Shown: piece by piece, positions 15,669 through 22,347 of the stretch
Position numbering within the stretch: position 1 is the first letter of the stretch
Layout: each line of letters opens with the position of its first letter
Assembly: GCA_041641305.1 (NCBI GenBank)
Contig: JBEPYN010000001.1
Span: 694,370-718,369, forward strand
Source of the DNA: Nitrososphaerota archaeon
GTDB taxonomy: Archaea > Thermoproteota > Nitrososphaeria_A > Caldarchaeales > Caldarchaeaceae
Direction of reading: 5' to 3'
Length of the DNA stretch: 24,000 nucleotides
The notes under the pieces: generated by a model
Seen by the model: only the letters and a program-made list of their open reading frames with translations
What the model was told of the DNA's origin: nothing
Database searches by the model: none
Position numbers and translations under genes: made by a program

Positions 15669-15709
15669 GGGCACCTTTTTCGTTCAGCAGCTGCACGTAA
15701 GAGGTGCCC
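15669..15709. repeat. inverted repeat GGGCACCT / AGGTGCCC (8 bp) around a 25-nt spacer containing the palindrome GCAGCTGC
   Basis: Read directly from the sequence. The arms are 15669-15676 and 15702-15709, with the inner palindrome at 15687-15694. It sits between the tRNA-Val 3' end and the priS-unit TATA box. Confidence 0.5.
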
Positions 15710-15721
15710 TAAAGCGTCTCA

Positions 15722-15795
15722 TGGGCCGGGGCGGACTTGAACCGCCGACCTCTGCTTCGTAAGAGCAGCGTCCTACCAGGCTAGACCACCGGCCC
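15722..15795 (-). tRNA. tRNA-Val (anticodon UAC), intron-less, no encoded CCA
   Basis: Hand-folded from the reverse complement:
- Acceptor GGGCCGG/CCGGCCC.
- D arm GTCT-AGCCTGGTA-GGAC.
- Anticodon stem CTGCT/AGCAG with loop C-T-TAC-G-A.
- Variable region AGGTC.
- T arm GGCGG-TTCAAGT-CCGCC.
- Discriminator A. Confidence 0.9.
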
Positions 15796-15808
15796 CCCGG
15801 GAGGAGGT

Positions 15809-15970
15809 TTAGCGCTTTATCTCCCGCCGTTTCCACCGCAGGTTGTAGCTTCTGCATTTTCGGCATTTGACGGCTGTTTTGGCGTTTCGGGCGCCGCAGT
15901 CTCTGCAGATTTTGATGAGTAGGCGTCGGCTCTGGGCCAGCTGTAGCAGTGCAGGGTCTCTGATGGGCAT
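15809..15970 (-). CDS. rpl40e: ribosomal protein L40e (eL40)
   Basis: This ORF is not in the track (53 aa). It reads MPIRDPALLQLAQSRRLLIKICRDCGARNAKTAVKCRKCRSYNLRWKRREIKR. The C4 zinc ribbon and overall pattern match archaeal L40e (compare Sulfolobus [39 protein letters not shown]...). The track ORF 15684..15992 is a different, spurious frame. Confidence 0.85.
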   Translation of the reverse strand: MPIRDPALLQLAQSRRLLIKICRDCGARNAKTAVKCRKCRSYNLRWKRREIKR

Positions 15971-15995
15971 GGCGGTGTTTGAATGTTTTCACACC

Positions 15996-16003
15996 TATTT
16001 ATA
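15996..16003 (-). promoter_or_regulatory. TATA box (TATAAATA on the minus strand) for rpl40e
   Basis: It ends 25 nt upstream of ATG 15970, consistent with a leaderless mRNA. Confidence 0.45.
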
Positions 16004-16020
16004 GGCTGTCTCTTGATAAC

Positions 16021-16029
16021 TATTTATTT
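16021..16029 (+). promoter_or_regulatory. TATA-box-like element (TATTTATTT) for alba
   Basis: It ends 29 nt before ATG 16059. GAGG at 16055-16058 could serve as a Shine-Dalgarno sequence for the second ATG at 16068. Confidence 0.4.
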
Positions 16030-16058
16030 CACATGGTTTCCTTAATTGAGCGCAGAGG

Positions 16059-16352
16059 ATGGTGGATATGGCTGAGAAACAGATTACTCCAACGGTTTTG
16101 GTTGGGAAGAAGCCTGCGATGAGCTATGTGCTGGCGTGTCTGACGGGTTTCCAGAGCGGTGCGAAGGAGATTGTCGTCAAGGCCCGTGGCAGAGCTATTA
16201 GCAGAGCCGTCGACGTCGTGCAGATTGTGAAGAACAGGTTTCTGCAGGGGGTTAACATCAAAGACATACGCATCGGCACCGAGCAGATAACCGATGAGCA
16301 GAACCGGACACTCAACGTAAGCACCATAGAGATTGTGCTGAGCTCGTCCTGA
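16059..16352 (+). CDS. albA: Alba (Sac10b family) chromatin/RNA-binding protein
   Basis: '[49 protein letters not shown]' and 'VSTIEIVL' are near-canonical Alba sequence. The start is ATG 16059 or 16068. Confidence 0.9.
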   Translation: MVDMAEKQITPTVLVGKKPAMSYVLACLTGFQSGAKEIVVKARGRAISRAVDVVQIVKNRFLQGVNIKDIRIGTEQITDEQNRTLNVSTIEIVLSSS

Positions 16353-16370
16353 GGGGCAGTCTGATGCCCC
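16353..16370 (+). other. perfect 6-bp stem-loop (GGGGCA-gtctga-TGCCCC) filling the alba/downstream-gene spacer
   Basis: Read directly from the sequence. It begins 1 nt after the alba TGA and ends 3 nt before GTG 16374. Confidence 0.4.
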
Positions 16371-16373
16371 ACG

Positions 16374-16916
16374 GTGCCTGCGTTGGAGTTTCCGGTATGC
16401 GTCTTCGACCTAAAAACCGGTGTCCTATGCAGCAAGTGTGAGCAGAAAATCCGCCGAGGAGAGCTAACGTCAAACGACCTCGAGATTATGCGTTTTTTTC
16501 TCGACCTTGAAAAAAAATATCCCCAGATTTCTTCTCTGAAATATTTTAGAAGCCTTATGGCTGATGGTTATTTGTTTGTGTTTTTTGAGCGGGGGTTTTC
16601 GGGGCTTCCCGCCGATGTGCAAGCGGCTTTGAGGAATGAGCTTGGTCTCAGGACAGGGTTGCGTGTTAAGCTGATGGATGTTAGCAGGGATTTGAATGTG
16701 TTTCTGCAGAACCTTGTTGCGCCGGCGCGTCTCTTGACGATTAACAAGGTTTGGCTCCCTGACCAGACGACTGAGGTGAAGGCGGTTGTCGATGATGAGA
16801 GGGCTGTGGGTGTCCCCGCTAATGTGCTCGCAGATGTTGTTCACATGATTCTCAACGTGTCTGTTAGTTTTGAGTTTCAGCGGAGGACGAGGGCGCCTCC
16901 GCGGTTTGGACGGTGA
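16374..16916 (+). CDS. conserved-looking hypothetical protein: N-terminal Cys-rich (Zn-ribbon-like) segment plus a possible KH/NusA-like RNA-binding domain
   Basis: 'CVFDLKTGVLCSKCEQKIRRGELTSNDLEIMRFF' resembles the N-terminus of a small archaeal Zn-ribbon + KH ('NusA-like') family that I recall only loosely. I could not confirm a GxxG motif by eye. The start is GTG 16374 or TTG 16383. The stop overlaps a GTG at 16913 (GTGA). Confidence 0.4.
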   Translation: MPALEFPVCVFDLKTGVLCSKCEQKIRRGELTSNDLEIMRFFLDLEKKYPQISSLKYFRSLMADGYLFVFFERGFSGLPADVQAALRNELGLRTGLRVKLMDVSRDLNVFLQNLVAPARLLTINKVWLPDQTTEVKAVVDDERAVGVPANVLADVVHMILNVSVSFEFQRRTRAPPRFGR

Positions 16917-16942
16917 CTGGGTTGCTGGATGAAAGTGTGCGT

Positions 16943-18244
16943 ATGGCTTTGCGTAGCCGTGTCATGGCGAGGGATGTGAAGCCCGAGCTGGATGGCAGAG
17001 GTGTCAACCTTTTCGGATGGGTTCATGAGATACGCGATCTTGGAAAGCTTGTCTTCATACTTCTCCGCGACGTGTCGGGAATTTGTCAGGTTGTCTTCAG
17101 GATGGAGGAGGTTGAGCAAAGTGTTAGAGACGCTGTGAAGGGGTTGACCAACGAGTCCGCTATTTTTGTTGAGGGTGTTGTGGTGAAGCAGCCGCGGTCG
17201 AAGCTCGGTGTCGAGGTTGTTGGAAAGAGGCTGACTGTTTTGGGCCGTGCGGTGCCCAAGCTTGAGCTCGACCCTACCGGGAAGGTTCCAGCGGGACTGG
17301 ATGCAAGGCTCCGTCACAGGATTCTCGACCTCAGGAGACCCGAGGTCAGAGCTGTCTTCCTCTTGGGCAGCGAAGTCCTCAAGGCCATGAGGGATTTCTT
17401 CCACATGAAAGGCTTTGTGGAGGTGCGGACGCCGAAGTTAATCGGCTCAGCGACCGAGGGCGGGGCCGAGCTTTTCGAGGTGAAGTATTTTGACAGGGCC
17501 GCTTACCTCGCCCAGAGTCCTCAGCTCTACAAGGAGCAGCTTACAACAGTTTTCGAGAAAGTCTGCGAGATAGGGCCCTATTTCCGGGCGGAAGCCTCGC
17601 ACACAGGAAGGCACATCAGCGAATTCACCTCGGTCGACATCGAGCAAGCCTTCGCAGACATGTATGATGTGATGGATGTTCTCGAGGAGCTTGTCGTCCA
17701 CGTCCATAGACACCTTGTCGAGAACAATCAGCATCTTTTGCAGATGCTTGGGGTGAACCTGCGTGTTCCGAAAAGGCCTTTCAAACGTTTCACCTACGAC
17801 GAGGCTTTGGAAATTCTCCGGAGCGAGGGGGTTGAACTGCGGTGGGGCGAGGACTTCGGCACACCCCACCTACGGATACTCGGCAAAAAATACACCACCT
17901 ACTACTTCATCACACATTTTCCAACCGAGTCCAAGCCCTTCTACATACAGGAAACAGAGAAAGACCCGAAGGTTTCCGAGTCATTTGACCTCATGTATCA
18001 GTGGCTTGAGCTGGCCTCGGGCGGGACACGTGTATCGGACCATGATGTGCTTGAGCGGAAGCTTCGGGAGAAGGGGCTTAACCCTGCTATGTTCGAGGAT
18101 CATTTGAAGGTGTTTAGGTATGGGATGCCTGTTCACGCTGGATGGGGGCTCGGGTTTGAAAGATTTTTGATGGTGTTGACGCGGCGGACAAACATCCGGG
18201 AGACTGTGTTGTTTCCACGTGACAGGTTCAGGCTTACACCGTAG
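16943..18244 (+). CDS. aspS: aspartyl-tRNA synthetase, archaeal type (class IIb)
   Basis: - OB-fold N-domain 'VNLFGWVHEIRDLGKLVFILLRDVSGICQVV'.
- 'LDLRRPEVRAVF'.
- Motif 2 'YFRAEASHTGRHISEFTSVD'.
- Motif 3 'GMPVHAGWGLGFERFLM'.
- C-terminal 'LFPRDRFRLTP'.
- Start set to ATG 16943 by collinearity with my recollection of the Thermococcus AspRS N-terminus. GTG 16913 is an alternative. Confidence 0.9.
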   Translation: MALRSRVMARDVKPELDGRGVNLFGWVHEIRDLGKLVFILLRDVSGICQVVFRMEEVEQSVRDAVKGLTNESAIFVEGVVVKQPRSKLGVEVVGKRLTVLGRAVPKLELDPTGKVPAGLDARLRHRILDLRRPEVRAVFLLGSEVLKAMRDFFHMKGFVEVRTPKLIGSATEGGAELFEVKYFDRAAYLAQSPQLYKEQLTTVFEKVCEIGPYFRAEASHTGRHISEFTSVDIEQAFADMYDVMDVLEELVVHVHRHLVENNQHLLQMLGVNLRVPKRPFKRFTYDEALEILRSEGVELRWGEDFGTPHLRILGKKYTTYYFITHFPTESKPFYIQETEKDPKVSESFDLMYQWLELASGGTRVSDHDVLERKLREKGLNPAMFEDHLKVFRYGMPVHAGWGLGFERFLMVLTRRTNIRETVLFPRDRFRLTP

Positions 18245-18707
18245 TCGCCGCGGGCCTGCTGTAGCGTCGCATGTGATAGATTAGCGGCTGATCCTCCGAG
18301 AAAAGTTTTACCTGTTTCACCCGCCCCATGATGATCAAGTGTGTTGAGCAGTCGACTTGGCCGCTGACCTCGCAGAAGAGCACGCCCAACACATCCTGCA
18401 GCACAGGAAAACCATCCTCAAGCACATACTTCACCCTCGAGAACCGCTCCTCATGCGGAGTGTATGCAAACACATCAGAGACCCAGCCCTGTTTCTCCGA
18501 GAGAAGGTTAACGCAGAAACGCCCCGATTTGAGAACACTTAAACATGTCTTGGTGGTTTTCTCCAAAGAGATGAGAACAGTAGGAGGCTCAAGCGAAACG
18601 GATGTGAAGGAGCTAACGGTCATCCCATGCGGCCGCCCCTCATAAAAAGTGGTGACAACCGTGACAGGCTGGGGAACACGCCTCATAAACTCCCTTAAAT
18701 CGGTCAT
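18234..18707 (-). CDS. flavin reductase-like FMN-binding split-barrel protein
   Basis: 'FMRRVPQPVTVVTTFYEGRPHGMTVSSFTSVSLEPPTVLISL' and 'HLIIMGRV' are typical of the HpaC/flavin reductase domain. Start moved to ATG 18707 (MTDLREF...), because the ORF-track start at 18812 would overlap the upstream gene. The 3' end overlaps convergent aspS by 11 nt. Confidence 0.75.
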   Translation of the reverse strand: MTDLREFMRRVPQPVTVVTTFYEGRPHGMTVSSFTSVSLEPPTVLISLEKTTKTCLSVLKSGRFCVNLLSEKQGWVSDVFAYTPHEERFSRVKYVLEDGFPVLQDVLGVLFCEVSGQVDCSTHLIIMGRVKQVKLFSEDQPLIYHMRRYSRPAATTV

Positions 18708-18751
18708 CTCCGCCAACCCAAGTGCACATTCTGGTTTTAACTCTGTTGGTC

Positions 18752-19255
18752 TTACTCTTTGACGGTGAACATGGTGTGTGTGGAGGTCATGTTTACCTCG
18801 GTTAGCAGCCATAACCGCTTGAACACGCGGTTGAAGAAATCATCACGCGCAACCTCGTCAACGCTAACAACCACATCCCACATGCCGAACAGCTCATGGG
18901 CCTCGAGAACCTCGTCGATGGACATGAGATATTTTTCCCAGAGCTTGGGTGCGGAGGGCCTCCTCATCTTAATGAAGATGTATGCGCATTTACGTTTGGA
19001 GCTGGCCCCCTCTTTCTCAAATGAGAGGCCGCCTTCGTTAACTATGAGAGAGTTTGTGTCCACTACGCCATATCCACGCATAGCGTCCAAGACGCTGTTA
19101 AGGTGTTTGAGCGACTCGACGTTGACTTTGCTCATTACGTCATAGGGGCCCCAGATTAGGTATGATTCCTCCACGTTCTTGTCGGACCTTATGGCTTGGA
19201 GTGTCTCGATTAGGCCGCTTCGGCTGCCGACTGTGCCGAGAACAAACGCTTTCAC
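18752..19255 (-). CDS. tandem Lrp/AsnC-type ligand-binding (RAM) domain protein without an HTH
   Basis: Two consecutive beta-alpha-beta-beta-alpha-beta-like repeats: 'KAFVLGTV...VEESYLIWGPYDVMSKVNVES...VVDTNSLIV' and 'CAYIFIKM...VLEAHELFGMWDVVVSVDEV...VNMTSTHTMFTV'. There is no N-terminal helix-turn-helix. GTG start at 19255. Confidence 0.6.
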   Translation of the reverse strand: MKAFVLGTVGSRSGLIETLQAIRSDKNVEESYLIWGPYDVMSKVNVESLKHLNSVLDAMRGYGVVDTNSLIVNEGGLSFEKEGASSKRKCAYIFIKMRRPSAPKLWEKYLMSIDEVLEAHELFGMWDVVVSVDEVARDDFFNRVFKRLWLLTEVNMTSTHTMFTVKE

Positions 19256-19277
19256 GTTTCTCTACAACATAGCAGGG

Positions 19278-19284
19278 TATTTTA
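19278..19284 (-). promoter_or_regulatory. TATA-box-like element (TAAAATA on the minus strand) for the RAM-domain gene
   Basis: It ends 22 nt upstream of GTG 19255. Confidence 0.4.
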
Positions 19285-19290
19285 GCTTTG

Positions 19291-20181
19291 TTAAACCGTT
19301 TCCCAAGCATATGCCGCGGCGCCCAGAAGAGCCGCGTCCTGCCCAAGTGAGGAGAGCTGCATCTCTGTCCTAAGCAGCTGATACTTTTTCATGATTTTTT
19401 GGGGTCTTTCAACGGTTTCGCGTGGATGGCTTAGGGCGAGGCCTCCGCCGACCACGAGAACCTCTGGGTCGAATGTGTTGATGACGGATGCGTAGCCCGC
19501 CGCGTTGTATTCCGCCATCTTCGCCACAACTTTTCTCGCTCTAGTGTCTCTTGGCAAACTTTCAAAAATCTCCCAAGAGGTTTTCCACAGCCTTTTTCCG
19601 AGCATCTGGGCTGCTAGCTTGGGCAACCCTGTTCCGGCGCAGAATGCCTCCCAGTGGCCTGTTCCGCCGCAGCCGCATCTAACCCGTGAATTCGCGTCCA
19701 CAACTATGTGGCCTATCTCGACTGCGTTTCCGTCTTTCCCGAGCAGCAGATGGTTGTCGACAACAGCTCCTCCTCCAAGACCAGTCCCAAAAGCTATGTA
19801 GACAAGGTTTTCAACCCTCTTCTCTACGCCGAAAACCTTCTCACCCCACGCGGCGGCGGTGCAATCATTTAACAGAGCAAACGGGCCCCTGTGAACACTC
19901 TCAATTATCTCTTTCAGGTTTATGCTGAGACCTCCGAGGTTCGGAGTGTTCAGGACGAGCCCTCTTTTGATCGATAACGGGCCTATGGAAGCTATTCCAA
20001 GGGGTGCTTTTGCTGAGACACCCGTCTGCCGCAGTATGCGGAAGCCTTGCCTAAACATTCCTTTGATGGCTGGAATTGTTTTAGGCGTTGTTGTAACTAT
20101 TTTGCGGCGGATTTTTCCCGAAGGCGTCACGACAGCGAAGCGTGTGTAGGTGGCGCCGAAGTCTACAGCGACTATGTCCAT
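19291..20181 (-). CDS. ROK-family sugar kinase (glucokinase-like)
   Basis: 'VAVDFGATYTRFAVV' (phosphate-1), 'YIAFGTGLGGGAVVDNHLLLGKDGNAVEIGHIVVD' and the ROK Zn motif 'CGCGGTGHWEAFCAGTGL'. The ATG overlaps the upstream gene's 3' end by 10 nt. Confidence 0.8.
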   Translation of the reverse strand: MDIVAVDFGATYTRFAVVTPSGKIRRKIVTTTPKTIPAIKGMFRQGFRILRQTGVSAKAPLGIASIGPLSIKRGLVLNTPNLGGLSINLKEIIESVHRGPFALLNDCTAAAWGEKVFGVEKRVENLVYIAFGTGLGGGAVVDNHLLLGKDGNAVEIGHIVVDANSRVRCGCGGTGHWEAFCAGTGLPKLAAQMLGKRLWKTSWEIFESLPRDTRARKVVAKMAEYNAAGYASVINTFDPEVLVVGGGLALSHPRETVERPQKIMKKYQLLRTEMQLSSLGQDAALLGAAAYAWETV

Positions 20182-21557
20182 GGGACGTCGATGTATTTCC
20201 CTGGGTTAAGTATGTTGTCGGGGTCGAAGACTTTTTTGATTTTCTGCATCAGCCTGAGTGTTTCGACGCCGTTGTGCGCCTCGAGCTGCTGCACAAGCTC
20301 CCTCATCTTCTGAAGGCCGACGCCGTGTTCACCCGTTATTGTTCCACCCACCTCTATCGCGAAACGGACAAGATCCCTGACAGCCTGCTCAGCTCTCTGA
20401 ACTTCTTCAGGGTTGTCGGGGTCGTAGAATATCAGGGGATGTATGTTTCCGTCGCCCGCGTGGCCGTTCATCGAGATCGTCAAACCATGTTTTCTCGAAA
20501 GCTCCTGCACCTTCTCGAGATAGTCCACTATCCTGTCTATGGGTACGCAGACATCCTCCACCATCACCTCCTTGGCGACAGAGCGGATGGCGAGGTACAT
20601 CGTGGCCCTTATCTGGAGAAGCTGCTCAGCCTCCTCCTCTGTCTCAGCGACCTTCACCTCCTTCACGTGGTTTCTCTCGAGGATTTCGAGAACCTTTGGC
20701 AGCTCTTTCCCCGTTATCTCCTCAACATCTATCAGCAGCATCGCCTCACCAACTGGCAGGGATGTTCCATGCATCTTATTGGCTGCCTCAAGCCCTACTC
20801 TGTCAAAGAACTCAAGCATCCGTGGAACAACTCTGTTTGTACGTATGTCGATGATGGCTCTGCCCGCATCCCTCCAATCGTCAAACACGGCGTAAATCCT
20901 TCTTATGCTGAATTCGGACAGCGGCGCAATCTTGAGCCAAGCCTCGACGATCACGCCTAGGGTTCCCTCGCTGCCCACCATCAGTTGGCACAGGTTGTAG
21001 CCTGCCCTGTTCTTTGCAAGCGGCTCGCCGAAGACAACCACGTCACCTGAGGCGAGCACAACCTTGACGGCGAGCACCCAGTCTTTGACTGTTCCGTACT
21101 TGACGCAGCGGAGCCCTCCAGCCCCCTCTGCTACGGCGCCTCCCACGGTGCAGAGAAAACTGCTCGCGGGGTCGGGTGGGAAGAAGAAGCCATATTCCCT
21201 AAGCGTGTTGTTCAACTGCTCGAGAACAACCCCCGCCTCCACATGTGCATAGTAGTTTACCGTGTCCACCTTCAGTATACGTGTCATGGCTGACAAATCC
21301 AAGACCAGGCTGTCTGTCACAACTGCGCCGGTCAGGCTCGAGCCCGCGCCCCAAACCGTCAAAGGAATTTTCATGCGGCTACAGTATCTCAAAAGCTTAG
21401 ACACATCCTCTACACAGCTAGCTCTTACGACGATCTTGGGCCTCCGCGTGAACCCGCCCATGTCACGAGAATATTTTTCAACATTCTCCTCATCTGTGAA
21501 GACTTTATCGCCGCCGAGCAGGAGACGCAGCTCCTCCGCAACTTTTCCAAAATCCAT
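20172..21557 (-). CDS. FAD-linked oxidase (GlcD / D-lactate dehydrogenase-like)
   Basis: 461-aa ORF with a PCMH-type FAD-binding region ('PKIVVRASCVEDVSKLLRYCSRMKIPLTVWGAGSSLTGA'), 'GSEGTLGVIVEAWLKI', and a C-terminal 'GGTITGEHGVGLQKM...KKVFDPDNILNPGK'. Confidence 0.85.
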   Translation of the reverse strand: MDFGKVAEELRLLLGGDKVFTDEENVEKYSRDMGGFTRRPKIVVRASCVEDVSKLLRYCSRMKIPLTVWGAGSSLTGAVVTDSLVLDLSAMTRILKVDTVNYYAHVEAGVVLEQLNNTLREYGFFFPPDPASSFLCTVGGAVAEGAGGLRCVKYGTVKDWVLAVKVVLASGDVVVFGEPLAKNRAGYNLCQLMVGSEGTLGVIVEAWLKIAPLSEFSIRRIYAVFDDWRDAGRAIIDIRTNRVVPRMLEFFDRVGLEAANKMHGTSLPVGEAMLLIDVEEITGKELPKVLEILERNHVKEVKVAETEEEAEQLLQIRATMYLAIRSVAKEVMVEDVCVPIDRIVDYLEKVQELSRKHGLTISMNGHAGDGNIHPLIFYDPDNPEEVQRAEQAVRDLVRFAIEVGGTITGEHGVGLQKMRELVQQLEAHNGVETLRLMQKIKKVFDPDNILNPGKYIDVPWT

Positions 21558-21588
21558 GCCTCTACTGGTTCATCGTATTCTAAAAGGG

Positions 21589-22347
21589 TTATGCGAGGAT
21601 GAGCTGGATGATAGTGTCTTTGAGCTTGTTGAAGCTTGTTTCTTCCTGTTTTTCTTTGTATTGTTTTAGGTGGGTTAGCAGGGTTGGGTCGTTTTTTCTT
21701 TCTCGGAGTATTGTGCGGATGAGGTAGGATGTGAAGGATGTGACGTTTCTCGGTTTTCTCTGCTGGGAGCTGTGGCTGAAGTCGATGATTGTTGCTTTTC
21801 CACGGGGTGAGATGATGACGTGGTCGGAGGAGTTTGAGAGCTGGCCATGGTCGAGATGAATTTTGTCGAGTAGATGTGCTTGGTCGAGAATCTTCCCCAC
21901 TATCTCGGCTATTTCTGCGCGGTTGTTTGCTTTGATGAATTGTGCCAGGGTCTCACCTTCGACATATTCCATGATGATGACGTGTTGGGAGTGGTTGAGA
22001 AGCCTCGGCCCCACATCGACCGTGTTGGCTTTCCCGAGATGCATCGCCTCCTGCACCACAGTCGGAACAGCTGCGTCAGTCCGCACCACCTTCACAGCGA
22101 CACATACATCATCCACGAGGCCGAGGAAAACCATGCCACGGCCGCCTTTCCCAAGCAAATAGGGCGCAAGCTTCCCAGACGACTCCGAAACCCCCACCGC
22201 AGCCACGCCCAGGATGTCAAGCTCCCGCAAAACCTCCAACACTCTATTCTCTTCCCCCGACGGGTAGGCGAACAAACTGAGGTCGACGCCTTTCTCTCTC
22301 AGCTGGTTGAGAGAGAGGAAATGTATGTTGCGATGTATTTGGGACAT
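21589..22347 (-). CDS. atypical small protein kinase (RIO/Bud32-like fold; archaeal 'predicted Ser/Thr kinase' type)
   Basis: Glycine-rich loop 'LGKGGRGMVFLG', 'CVAVKVVR' (VAxK lysine), hinge 'IIMEYVEG', catalytic-loop-like 'HLDHGQLSN' and 'IIDFSHS' (DFG-equivalent). ATG 22347 lies 49 nt inside the 3' end of cca. Confidence 0.55.
   Translation of the reverse strand: MSQIHRNIHFLSLNQLREKGVDLSLFAYPSGEENRVLEVLRELDILGVAAVGVSESSGKLAPYLLGKGGRGMVFLGLVDDVCVAVKVVRTDAAVPTVVQEAMHLGKANTVDVGPRLLNHSQHVIIMEYVEGETLAQFIKANNRAEIAEIVGKILDQAHLLDKIHLDHGQLSNSSDHVIISPRGKATIIDFSHSSQQRKPRNVTSFTSYLIRTILRERKNDPTLLTHLKQYKEKQEETSFNKLKDTIIQLILA

Noticed and set aside
15511-15696. 61-aa ORF in the track, upstream of priS
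   Set aside because: It is in a different frame from the 38-codon TM micro-ORF. It starts upstream of the only TATA-like box, is Ser/Ala/Cys-rich with no features, and has no coupling to priS.
15912-15963. Possible C/D-box sRNA on the + strand (TTGATGA ... 41 nt ... CTGA)
   Set aside because: I saw no recognisable internal D'/C' boxes and no terminal complementary stem. The first C-box position is not a purine, and the whole candidate is antisense to the rpl40e coding sequence. This is most likely a chance occurrence.
15684-15992. 102-aa ORF in the track, spanning tRNA-Val and the L40e region
   Set aside because: It reads through the tRNA-Val gene and is out of frame with the clear 53-aa L40e ORF (15809..15970). 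It is Arg/Pro/Gln-rich nonsense.
20142-20960. 272-aa ORF on the + strand
   Set aside because: It is entirely antisense to the well-supported GlcD-like FAD oxidase. The composition is low-complexity and His/Leu/Arg-rich with no motifs. It is a typical shadow ORF caused by the codon bias of the real gene.
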